Shown piece after piece: positions 56,207 through 64,000 of a DNA stretch of 64,000 nucleotides. Within the stretch, counting starts at the first letter, position 1. The number at the start of each line of letters is the position of its first letter. Made by a program: the position numbers and the translations under genes. The notes below the pieces were generated by a model. That model was given only the letters and a program-made list of their open reading frames with translations, was not told where the DNA came from and made no database searches. This DNA comes from an uncultured Bacteroidales bacterium. GTDB taxonomy: Bacteria; Bacteroidota; Bacteroidia; Bacteroidales; F082. The DNA lies in the NCBI GenBank assembly GCA_937896895.1, contig CALBNV010000078.1, positions 1,408 through 65,407 on the forward strand, read 5' to 3'.

Positions 56207-57370
56207 ATGAATATCTTGTTTGTATCACCAAGTTATAATCCTCTCGATGGTACAGGTTGGGGATCTGTACAAAGAACAAACCTTTTATTTGAGGCTTGTA
56301 CACAATTAGGACACGTGGATGTTATCACCTTTGTAGATAATGTTGTATCTTCAAGGGAAGATTGCATTATCTTATACGCAAAATCAGATAATGAGATACA
56401 ACACAAGGAAGGACGAGTACAAAAACTGTTACGAATGTTTGCTCCGTGGAATCCATATACAATGTTCCCGAAAAATGCTCATAGAGCGGCTATCGTTCGT
56501 CAGTTTGTTCTACAAAAGTCATATGACCTGATCGTTTGTCGATATATTCCATCGGCAATGGAATGTGGATTACTTGATTATACTAATAAGTTAGTTATTG
56601 ATGTAGATGATAATCCATTAGATGTCGAACGAACAGCCGCCCGCACATCTCGAACGCTACGTAATCGTTTATACCACTGTTATCGTGCGATGGTCATTGG
56701 CGATGTTTTGCAAAAAATCCAAAACCAATGTCATTTTACATTCTTTGCTAATCCCTCCCAAGCCATCTTCAAGAACTCCGCTTATTTACCAAATATACCT
56801 TTTTACGACTATGATATGAAAGTTGTTGATTTTTCGAAAACGACAAATCGAATTCTCTTTGTTGGAAATATGAGTTATGGTCCTAATAGTGCCGGAGTTT
56901 TGCATTTTATTAAAAATATACTTCCTCTTGTACAAAAAGAAATACCAGACGTGGAGTTACACTTGGTAGGAGGGTGTAATGATGAAGCATTTCTTACTCA
57001 ATGCAAAAACACAGAAAGAGTACAATATATGGGCTTCGTGGATAGTCTTGAAGAAGAATATTCTCAAGCAAGGGTTGTGGCCGTACCTATATATGGTGGC
57101 GCAGGAACAAACATAAAAGTTTTGGAAGCCATGAAGATGAGCCGACCTTGTGTCACCACTATATATGGTGTACGAGGTTTTTTAGATTATTTCCACAACG
57201 GACAAGAAATTCTTGTTGCGGATGACAATCAACAGTTTGCTTGCGCTATTGTGGAAATGTTGAGCAATGAAACTAAGAATCACGAAATTTCTCTGCGTGC
57301 TCAAGAGGTCGTGACGACTCATTTCTCTCGTGAAGCTTTTAATGCGATAGTCAAACAAAATTTATCATAG
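56207..57370 (+). CDS. glycosyltransferase family 4 (GT-B fold)
   Basis: 387 aa. The C-terminal region PIYGGAGTNIKVLEAMKMSRPCVTT is typical of the GT1/GT4 nucleotide-sugar binding domain. Confidence 0.75.
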   Translation: MNILFVSPSYNPLDGTGWGSVQRTNLLFEACTQLGHVDVITFVDNVVSSREDCIILYAKSDNEIQHKEGRVQKLLRMFAPWNPYTMFPKNAHRAAIVRQFVLQKSYDLIVCRYIPSAMECGLLDYTNKLVIDVDDNPLDVERTAARTSRTLRNRLYHCYRAMVIGDVLQKIQNQCHFTFFANPSQAIFKNSAYLPNIPFYDYDMKVVDFSKTTNRILFVGNMSYGPNSAGVLHFIKNILPLVQKEIPDVELHLVGGCNDEAFLTQCKNTERVQYMGFVDSLEEEYSQARVVAVPIYGGAGTNIKVLEAMKMSRPCVTTIYGVRGFLDYFHNGQEILVADDNQQFACAIVEMLSNETKNHEISLRAQEVVTTHFSREAFNAIVKQNLS

Positions 57371-57373
57371 AAT

Positions 57374-58444
57374 ATGTTAGTCTCCTTCATTATCCCTTCC
57401 TACAATTCTGCACACACGGTTAAAAGGTGCTTGGATAGTATATATGCGTTATCTCTCAAACAAAGTGAGTTTGAGGTAATCTTTGTCGATGATTGCAGTA
57501 CGGACAACACCACTGATATTGTTCAAAACTATTGTCTCAACACCCAAGAATCAAAGTCCGGCAAAGTGGAGAACTTGATCTTGCTGCGTCAGCCTAAAAA
57601 CAACCGTCAAGGAGCGGCACGAAATAGAGGCATTGCCGTGGCTAAAGGGGAATATATCTGCCTCGTTGATAGCGATGATGCTGTTGCAGAAGGCATTGTA
57701 TCGGCTATCCAATTAGCCAAGGAACTGCAAACCGATATGACCGCCTTTCATTATGTGAACGCTAATGAACATGGACAGATAACCGGGGAGAAAGAACATC
57801 TATCGTTTGCTCCAAAACAAATCTTCTCCGGCATTGAGATGCAACTAACCCATTCGTATTGGTGTTCAGCGCCTTGGGCATATATCTATAGCAAAGCCTT
57901 CTTAGACCAATCCTATTATCCTTTCTCGGAAGGCGTACTCTATGAGGATTCGGACTTCGTGAGTGCCCACCTCTATTATGCTCAGCGGATGGCATACTCG
58001 CCGGAAACGGGATATGTCGTTTATTATCGCGATGGCTCTACTACCCACAGTAATAGCCATAAGAACAATTCCGACTACCTGTTATTAGGAACACGAATGT
58101 TAGCTTTATACAACCGTATCCAACAAGACATAGTTCAACAAAAGCGAACGAATGATGGTATTCACAAATTTGCTGATGATGTGTTAGAGGGGGCTTGTTG
58201 GAATGTGACGAAATCGTTGAAACGATTGTATAAATTGCCTAATAGTGAAGAGATTCGTGCCTTTTACGAGTGTGTAGATGCTTATGTGAATCGTCATCAG
58301 CTATACGCAGACCCGCTTATGCATCAGTTACAATATTCGTATTTATGGAACACGTGGTCGGCGTTTTGCATGAAACATAAATATCTCTCTATTATGGTCA
58401 ATAGTGTATTATCTATTGGTTATAGGTTTTTGCACCATCTGTGA
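57374..58444 (+). CDS. glycosyltransferase family 2
   Basis: Contains MLVSFIIPSYNSAHTVKRCLDSI, FVDDCSTDNT and VDSDD. Confidence 0.8.
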   Translation: MLVSFIIPSYNSAHTVKRCLDSIYALSLKQSEFEVIFVDDCSTDNTTDIVQNYCLNTQESKSGKVENLILLRQPKNNRQGAARNRGIAVAKGEYICLVDSDDAVAEGIVSAIQLAKELQTDMTAFHYVNANEHGQITGEKEHLSFAPKQIFSGIEMQLTHSYWCSAPWAYIYSKAFLDQSYYPFSEGVLYEDSDFVSAHLYYAQRMAYSPETGYVVYYRDGSTTHSNSHKNNSDYLLLGTRMLALYNRIQQDIVQQKRTNDGIHKFADDVLEGACWNVTKSLKRLYKLPNSEEIRAFYECVDAYVNRHQLYADPLMHQLQYSYLWNTWSAFCMKHKYLSIMVNSVLSIGYRFLHHL

Positions 58445-58449
58445 AATAT

Positions 58450-59346
58450 CTATACGAATTGTGTCATAAAAACAGGCAGATAAGTCATCTCCTGCTCGTG
58501 ATGCAAATCTTTGGTGTAAATTAAATATCGATTCCCTATTCTTGAGGAAAATTTCTTGCAAAAGGCATCCAGTGAAGCATGTGTCTTGTAACCAGATGAT
58601 TTAACTTCAATGGGACAAATCTTGCTTCCTTGAGAAAGTAAGAAATCAACCTCATAGTTGTGATTACTATTGGGGACAGGCCATGTGTGATAGAATAGTT
58701 TATGCCCCGATGCAACTAACATTTGTGCAACCATATTCTCATACACGTAACCCAAAACGGCGGACAATTTATCCGACAATAGTTTTTGATAGATAATATT
58801 ATCAATACAACTTTTATCCCAAAACGCTAAAGTGGTAAATAGACCTGTATCTGATAGGTACATCTTATATTGTCTATAATTCGTATGCATGGATAAACCT
58901 ACATTCGGATCATCGGCATGATGCGCAATATTTACCGTTAAGCTGTCCTCTAAATCATGGAGCAGTTCGGCAAATGTATTTTCTGTGGAGGCTCCTATAA
59001 CGGTCGTCTTTTTATAACGCGAAGCATTACCTGTTAATTGGGATGGAATAGCTTGGAAAAGTTTGGAAATTTTACCGCTTGGGTCTATTTTGTGAAAATC
59101 ATCCATATATAACTCAATGATTTCGCGCTTGACAGCATCTACCTCCGCTAAGTTTTGTGTGGATATATACTTGCAGACTGCTTGTGGCATTCCTCCCACT
59201 AACATATACAGCCGGAATTTGCGTAACAAGTCACGTACGACAGCGTCACCGATGGAACGACGACTATTAAATGATTGGTGTAATAATGGAACGGTTACGG
59301 AATCTTGCATGGCCCATGAGAATTCTTCGTAATCCAGCAGTAATGA
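58450..59346 (-). pseudogene. 5'-deleted AAA/DUF4143 ATPase gene remnant (C-terminal two-thirds only)
   Basis: The reading frame is open from just after a TAA (complement of 59347-59349) and begins ..SLLLDYEEFSWAMQDS. There is no Walker A domain. The rest aligns in style with the 41572-42855 ATPase family (GGMPQAV...EVDFLL...IEVKSS). A promoter-like TACCTTTG box is retained at the complement of 59366-59373. Confidence 0.7.
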
Positions 59347-59406
59347 TTAATATTGAAAAACGCGGCAAAGGTACTAAAGATAAATGATATATGTAAATTT
59401 TTAATA

Positions 59407-59454
59407 GGAATCCCCAAATTTTTTATACAAAAAACCAGCGGAATCCCCAAATTT
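59407..59454. repeat. two copies of GGAATCCCCAAATTT, 33 bp apart
   Basis: Copies at 59407-59421 and 59440-59454, upstream (gene sense) of the ATPase remnant. Confidence 0.85.
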
Positions 59455-59500
59455 AGATATTTCTCTATATGAAATAAACAAGATAAAACAAAATAATTAT

Positions 59501-59557
59501 ATGCAAAAACTCCTCTCTATCGTAATCCCCGTTTATAAGGTGGAATTACATCCGTAA
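59501..59557 (+). pseudogene. 18-codon stub of a family-2 glycosyltransferase N-terminus
   Basis: MQKLLSIVIPVYKVELHP then stop. LSIVIPVY(N/K)VE is the usual GT2 start. The stub abuts the glf fragment. Confidence 0.55.
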
Positions 59558-59969
59558 ATGTATGGCGCCCACATCTTCCACACCAACAACAAAGAGGTTT
59601 GGGACTTCGTGAACTCGCTGGTGGAGTTTAATCGCTATACGAACTGCCCTGTCGCCAACTACAAGAGCGAACTCTACAACTTACCCTTCAACATGAACAC
59701 TTTCTGCCAGATGTGGAAAGATGTTCACACACCCGAAGAAGCAAAGGCTCGCATTGAGGAACAGAAAGCAGAAGCCGTAGCCTGGTATGGAACAGTATTA
59801 TCCTGTCAATGATGATAAGAACAATGCGCTTGCAGAGCAATATCGGGAACTTGCGGCAAAAGAGGAGAATGTAATCTTTGGCGGTCGTTTGGCGGAATAT
59901 AAATACTACGACATGGCTCCTGTCGTTGAACAGGTAATGGAAAAATGTAATGGTTTGTTTGTGAAATGA
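59558..59969 (+). pseudogene. glf: UDP-galactopyranose mutase (glf) remnant: internal fragment plus C-terminal fragment in a different frame
   Basis: 59558-59812 encodes YGAHIFHTNNKEVWDFVNSLVEFNRYTNCPVANYKSELYNLPFNMNTFCQMW. 59787-59969 encodes YYPVNDDKNNALAEQYRELAAKEENVIFGGRLAEYKYYDM. The N-terminal FAD-binding part and about 200 central residues are missing. Confidence 0.75.
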
Positions 59970-59983
59970 AAAATTGAACATAT

Positions 59984-61264
59984 ATGCCTACAGCAATTGA
60001 ATTTGAAAACATCTCCAAGCAGTACCGCTTGGGATTGGTGAGTACCAAAACCTTGAGCCACGATGTCAGAAGGTTCTGGATTACCAATGTCTTGGGCAAA
60101 GAAGACCCGTATCTGAAGATAGGTGAGACCAACGACCGCTCCACGAAAGGCAGTTCGGAATACGTCTGGGCCTTGCGCGACATCAACTTCAAGGTGGAGC
60201 AGGGCGATGTTGTCGGTATTATCGGCAAGAATGGCGCCGGCAAGAGCACGCTGCTGAAACTCTTGTCGAAAGTTACCGGCCCCACAACGGGAACTATTCG
60301 TGCTAAAGGCCGTATCGGTTCCTTGCTTGAAGTGGGAACGGGCTTTCATTCCGAAATGACGGGCCGTGAAAACATTTTCCTGAATGGAGCAATCTTGGGT
60401 ATGACAAAAAATGATATTCAGCGAAAACTTGATGAGATTGTTGATTTCTCAGGTTGTGAGCGTTATATTGATACGCCTGTGAAGCGTTATTCATCAGGTA
60501 TGATGGTGCGTCTTGGTTTTGCCGTTGCTGCTCATCTCGATCCTGAAATCTTGGTTGTGGACGAAGTGTTGGCTGTTGGTGATGCCGAATTTCAGAAGAA
60601 AGCCATTGGCAAGATGCAGGATGTGAGTAAGGGAGAAGGGAGAACGGTGTTGTTTGTGAGTCATAACATGGCGAGTGTTCAAAGATTATGTAAACGAGGT
60701 GTACTACTTGAGAAAGGTAATATACGTACGATTGGTCCGATATCAGATGTGATATCTGAGTATTTAAAAGATGATGTCGTGAAAACCGAATATATCAATA
60801 GTAATCCAAGTCTTACTGATCAGATTAATTTACTATATGCAAAAATAGGACCCGCTTTTGGTGATTTGATATATCCGACTACTCCAATAAATATAGATTT
60901 TCGTATTCGCATCAATAAACCTGTTGGTCATTTGGTTGTTGGCTTTAATTTGTTAAGTTCATATCAGACTTACTTGGCACGTGCGGATTATAATGATTAT
61001 AATGGTTTATTGACTTTGGAACCAGGCGAATATGATTTCCATTTTCAAATACCTGCTAATACGTTGTCAAACGGAGATTATCGAATAGTTCTAGATACAG
61101 CGGAGCGTAATGTTAAAAATTATGCAGGAGAGGATTCTCAATTACTATTTACAGTATCGGTTGATGAGAAAAGTACAATTAATACATTTAGTGAGGATTG
61201 TGATTTTAAAAAATCTATTATTAGAGAACCTTGGTTGGTGGATTATAAATTCATAAAGGGATGA
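59984..61264 (+). CDS. polysaccharide ABC exporter ATP-binding protein (Wzt/TagH-like) with extra C-terminal domain
   Basis: 426 aa. Walker A is GKNGAGKST, the signature is YSSGMMVRLGFA and Walker B is ILVVDEVL. About 170 additional C-terminal residues sit where Wzt carries its carbohydrate-binding domain. Confidence 0.85.
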   Translation: MPTAIEFENISKQYRLGLVSTKTLSHDVRRFWITNVLGKEDPYLKIGETNDRSTKGSSEYVWALRDINFKVEQGDVVGIIGKNGAGKSTLLKLLSKVTGPTTGTIRAKGRIGSLLEVGTGFHSEMTGRENIFLNGAILGMTKNDIQRKLDEIVDFSGCERYIDTPVKRYSSGMMVRLGFAVAAHLDPEILVVDEVLAVGDAEFQKKAIGKMQDVSKGEGRTVLFVSHNMASVQRLCKRGVLLEKGNIRTIGPISDVISEYLKDDVVKTEYINSNPSLTDQINLLYAKIGPAFGDLIYPTTPINIDFRIRINKPVGHLVVGFNLLSSYQTYLARADYNDYNGLLTLEPGEYDFHFQIPANTLSNGDYRIVLDTAERNVKNYAGEDSQLLFTVSVDEKSTINTFSEDCDFKKSIIREPWLVDYKFIKG

Positions 61265-61339
61265 AATCTGGTATGTCCTATAAAAAATTCTCACGCATAT
61301 CGTATAGGTAATGATGCTTCTCAAGATTCTTAGGAAATA

Positions 61340-62344
61340 GTGAAACAGAACAATTTTAACATACTAAGATTAATTTGCGCGCTTCTTGTGATAGTATCGC
61401 ATTCGTGGGATCTTGCGGGGAGTGCTGAGATGGAACCGTTATTGGTTTTAACGGATGGCCGATTAGTCTGTTCTGCTATTGGTCTTTGTGGATTTTTTAC
61501 AATTAGTGGTTATCTTGTCTATATTAGCTTAATGAGAAGTCGTACTATTGGAGTTTATATAGAAAAAAGATGGTTGAGGATATTTCCAGGGTTGATTGTT
61601 TGCCTCTTACTTACGTTATTTGCCTGTTCTTGGGTCTATAAAGGAATGGGGTGTTATTGGTTGAAAAGTGGAACGTGGAATTATTTGTGGGGAAACCTTA
61701 CTCTTTATGATGTGCATTTTACCATACCTGGGGTATTTGAAAACAATCCTTATCCAATGTCTATTAATGGTTCTATTTGGACATTATGTTATGAGTTTAC
61801 GATGTATCTGTTTATTATTCCTTTATTCTTCATGCGTGGTAGAAAAACACAGATTATTTTACCTATTATTGCATTGATGTTGATTTTGATAAAGAATGTT
61901 CTATTTCTCAATAAGTTTGAGCATGCAACATTCATGAGTTATATGAATCTTAATCAATTTTGTAGTTTCGCACAGTTCTTCATTCTTGGTATGATAATAG
62001 CAATCTTAGAGCGCGAGAAGATATTGAAAGAGAAGTGGAAGAGACATAATTGGTTATTAGCGATATGTATTATTTTATTTGTTGGTTGTATAATAATGAA
62101 ACAAATTGCTGTAGGCATGGTTTTTATGTCCATTTTATTTATACAGGTTGGGAAAAAGAATTGGCAACCACTGTCTCAGTTTATTAATAAGATCGGCGAC
62201 TTGTCTTATGGAATATACATATATGGTTTTGTAATTCAGCAGTTTATATTATGTGGGTTTCCTAATACCCCCCCCCTGTATTGTGTTGATAATAAGTATG
62301 TTATGCGCTACTCTGATTGCCTATGCCTCTTGGCATCTCGTTGA
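61340..62344 (+). CDS. acyltransferase family 3 (O-acyltransferase), frameshifted near the 3' end at a C9 tract
   Basis: GTG start, multi-TM, with N-terminus FNILRLICALLVIVSHS typical of acyltransferase_3. After the C9 tract the assembled frame ends in 23 atypical residues. The +1 frame continues CIVLIISMLCATLIAYASWHLVEKKALKLKERL to a TGA at 62376-62378, which overlaps the next ATG. Confidence 0.8.
   Translation: MKQNNFNILRLICALLVIVSHSWDLAGSAEMEPLLVLTDGRLVCSAIGLCGFFTISGYLVYISLMRSRTIGVYIEKRWLRIFPGLIVCLLLTLFACSWVYKGMGCYWLKSGTWNYLWGNLTLYDVHFTIPGVFENNPYPMSINGSIWTLCYEFTMYLFIIPLFFMRGRKTQIILPIIALMLILIKNVLFLNKFEHATFMSYMNLNQFCSFAQFFILGMIIAILEREKILKEKWKRHNWLLAICIILFVGCIIMKQIAVGMVFMSILFIQVGKKNWQPLSQFINKIGDLSYGIYIYGFVIQQFILCGFPNTPPLYCVDNKYVMRYSDCLCLLASR
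62268..62276 (+). repeat. homopolymer C9 inside the acyltransferase gene
   Basis: Nine consecutive C residues, counted directly from the sequence lines. Confidence 0.95.
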
Positions 62345-62374
62345 AAAGAAAGCTCTAAAATTGAAGGAAAGATT

Positions 62375-63262
62375 ATGATATCATATATCGTTTGCTCAAG
62401 AACTGCAAATTTGGCAGATAAAATAGTTAAAAATATTGCCACTACGGTTGGCTGTGACTATGAGTTGGTTGTGATTGATAATAGCCATAAGGAGTATAAT
62501 ATCTTTACAGCCTATGAAGAAGGGGTAAAGAGAGCGAAGGGGGATATTCTTTGTTTTGCTCATGATGATGTTGTAAATTATCATACTTCTAATTGGGGTG
62601 TCAATGTAGAGCGGCATTTCGCTGAAGACGATAGCTTAGGTTGTGTCGGTATTGTTGGAACTCATTTTGCTCCTAACACTCCTTTTGAGTGGTATCATTG
62701 TCTCTTACAGTCCGGAGGTTGTATTATGACGACGAACGGTAAGAGCGAGAATATGCAATATTTAGATCATTTCACGGATGGAAAAACTATCATAGAAGCT
62801 GTTGTGCTAGATGGACAATGGATGTGTATCAGGAGGTCGCTGTTTGACAAGGGATTGATACGATGGGATAAGGAGAATTTTGATGGATGGCATTGTTATG
62901 ATACGGATATCTGTTTTCAAGTAAGGAATGCTGGATATAAAGTGGGAATTGTAGCAGATGTATTAATTGAACATACTTCCTTCGGTACATGTACAAAAGC
63001 GTGGATAGAAGCGACAAAGAAAGTATATGAGAAATGGAAACATACGCTCCCTCAAGTAGCTGGTATGCAAATGTCTGAAGAAGAAACCAAAATTAGAACA
63101 CAATATATAGAACTCGCTATGGGGCATTTTTTTAGCGTAGTTAAGGCAACCGAAGAACTGAAAAATATTAGGCATTCTCATGCATATCAAATAGGAAAGG
63201 GGATTGTGCGACCTATTGCGAAGATGGTTAAATCACTTGTGTGTGGGGGGGGGGATTCGTAA
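62375..63262 (+). CDS. glycosyltransferase-like family protein (GT2-related, Glyco_tranf_2_5-like)
   Basis: 295 aa (ISYIVCSR...LVVIDNS...CFAHDDV...). The last codons CGGGDS run through the G10 tract. Confidence 0.65.
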   Translation: MISYIVCSRTANLADKIVKNIATTVGCDYELVVIDNSHKEYNIFTAYEEGVKRAKGDILCFAHDDVVNYHTSNWGVNVERHFAEDDSLGCVGIVGTHFAPNTPFEWYHCLLQSGGCIMTTNGKSENMQYLDHFTDGKTIIEAVVLDGQWMCIRRSLFDKGLIRWDKENFDGWHCYDTDICFQVRNAGYKVGIVADVLIEHTSFGTCTKAWIEATKKVYEKWKHTLPQVAGMQMSEEETKIRTQYIELAMGHFFSVVKATEELKNIRHSHAYQIGKGIVRPIAKMVKSLVCGGGDS

Positions 63263-64000
63263 AGTAGATATAGTATTGATAACATATAATCAAGCTAACT
63301 TTATAAATGAGGCAATCGAAGGTTTATTGCGACAAAATAGTGAAGCGTTGAGTATCCGTGTTATTGTGGCAGACGATCATAGTACGGATAATACTCTAGA
63401 AATTATTCGTACTGCCAGTCAAACTGAAAAAGGGAAAAAGTTGGAATGGTTATTTTTGACGGAAGAACAAAATATGGGTATCGCTGCCAACTATAAACGA
63501 GCAATAGCAGCCACATCAGCCGACTATGTGGCTATTTTGGAGGGAGATGACTATTGGACAGACTCATATCGATTACAGAAACATGTTGATTATATGTCCA
63601 CTCATGCGGATTGTGTGATTACTAAGAATCAATATCTGCAATATAGCCAACAACGAAAAGAATGGGGGATTTTAGCAAAAGAGCCTCAGATAATGGTTCT
63701 GCGAGAAATAATCAATCATTATCCTTTGGCGAATTTATCGGCTACGGTGTATAGAGGAGATGTGTTACGTAATATAGGAGACAAAGTCTTTGAGTATGGG
63801 GAGAAACAGCGACGAGAGGCTACTGATTGGTATATGACGCTTGAAGTGATAAAACATGGGTATATGTACATTTTTGATGATGTAATGTCTGTTTATCGCG
63901 TTGATACGGGTGATAATATTTCAAGGGTGGAAAAAACATATCAAGAAGAGTTGGATAAAGTTAAGATATGCTATGAGCAAACGTTAGAATTATTAGGGAA
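63243..64000 (+). CDS. glycosyltransferase family 2, partial (continues past the right edge)
   Basis: Absent from the ORF track (no ATG and no stop in the window). My translation gives (GTG)GGGIRKVDIVLITYNQANFINEAIEGLLRQN...IVADDHSTDNT...EGDDYW, open to position 64000. The only in-frame start candidates are GTG 63243 and upstream TTG codons. Confidence 0.7.
   Translation, partial: MGGGIRKVDIVLITYNQANFINEAIEGLLRQNSEALSIRVIVADDHSTDNTLEIIRTASQTEKGKKLEWLFLTEEQNMGIAANYKRAIAATSADYVAILEGDDYWTDSYRLQKHVDYMSTHADCVITKNQYLQYSQQRKEWGILAKEPQIMVLREIINHYPLANLSATVYRGDVLRNIGDKVFEYGEKQRREATDWYMTLEVIKHGYMYIFDDVMSVYRVDTGDNISRVEKTYQEELDKVKICYEQTLELLG
63245..63254 (+). repeat. homopolymer G10 at the junction of two glycosyltransferase genes
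   Basis: Ten consecutive G residues, counted directly from the sequence lines. Confidence 0.95.

Overview
This looks like a chromosomal segment from a Bacteroidota (Bacteroidales-like) genome. The evidence is three proteins with T9SS C-terminal sorting domains, TAnnTTTG -7 promoter boxes just upstream of several genes, and typical gene content. All calls come from reading the ORF translations and the DNA by eye; no searches were run.

Layout:
- 1-19.5 kb: housekeeping and envelope genes. These include a histidine kinase fragment, a tripartite RND efflux pump, a DUF1343/NamZ-like gene, an FtsX-type permease, XerD, Mpl, a nitroreductase and an FKBP.
- 19.9-25.8 kb: a MerR/GyrI-led run of small, translationally coupled acetyltransferase, flavoprotein and CAT-like genes.
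- 26-27.4 kb: an orphan AAA ATPase bracketed by 53-bp direct repeats.
- 27.8-36.3 kb: the main find. This is a RiPP cluster of the computationally defined but, as far as I know, experimentally uncharacterised 'grasp-with-spasm' type. It has a double-glycine-leader precursor, a strong hairpin, an unknown secreted 524-aa protein, an ATP-grasp ligase, a SPASM-domain protein with no radical-SAM CxxxCxxC motif, a C39-peptidase ABC exporter and a HlyD adaptor. A stand-alone LytTR regulator lies upstream. Candidate LytTR operators (10-bp direct repeats in 22-bp phasing) occur twice, at 28.2 kb and 37.26 kb. GC content jumps sharply at the SPASM/ABC junction.
- 36.5-48.6 kb: mixed genes. These include unknown proteins, a BspA-like LRR T9SS cargo, a second AAA ATPase preceded by an 8 x 23-bp tandem array, rplS-trmD, an S8 peptidase and two tRNA-Leu genes.
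- 48.7-64 kb: a Wzm/Wzt (ABC-transporter-dependent) glycan locus that is visibly mosaic. It has duplicated wzm genes split by a four-helix-bundle gene cassette, a low-GC glycosyltransferase block, and a decay zone (truncated ATPase, GT2 stub, gutted glf). The wzt gene changes composition between its ATPase domain and its C-terminal domain. There are two long homopolymer tracts: C9 frameshifts an O-acyltransferase, and G10 sits at a glycosyltransferase gene junction. Both look like phase-variation switches, or alternatively homopolymer sequencing errors.
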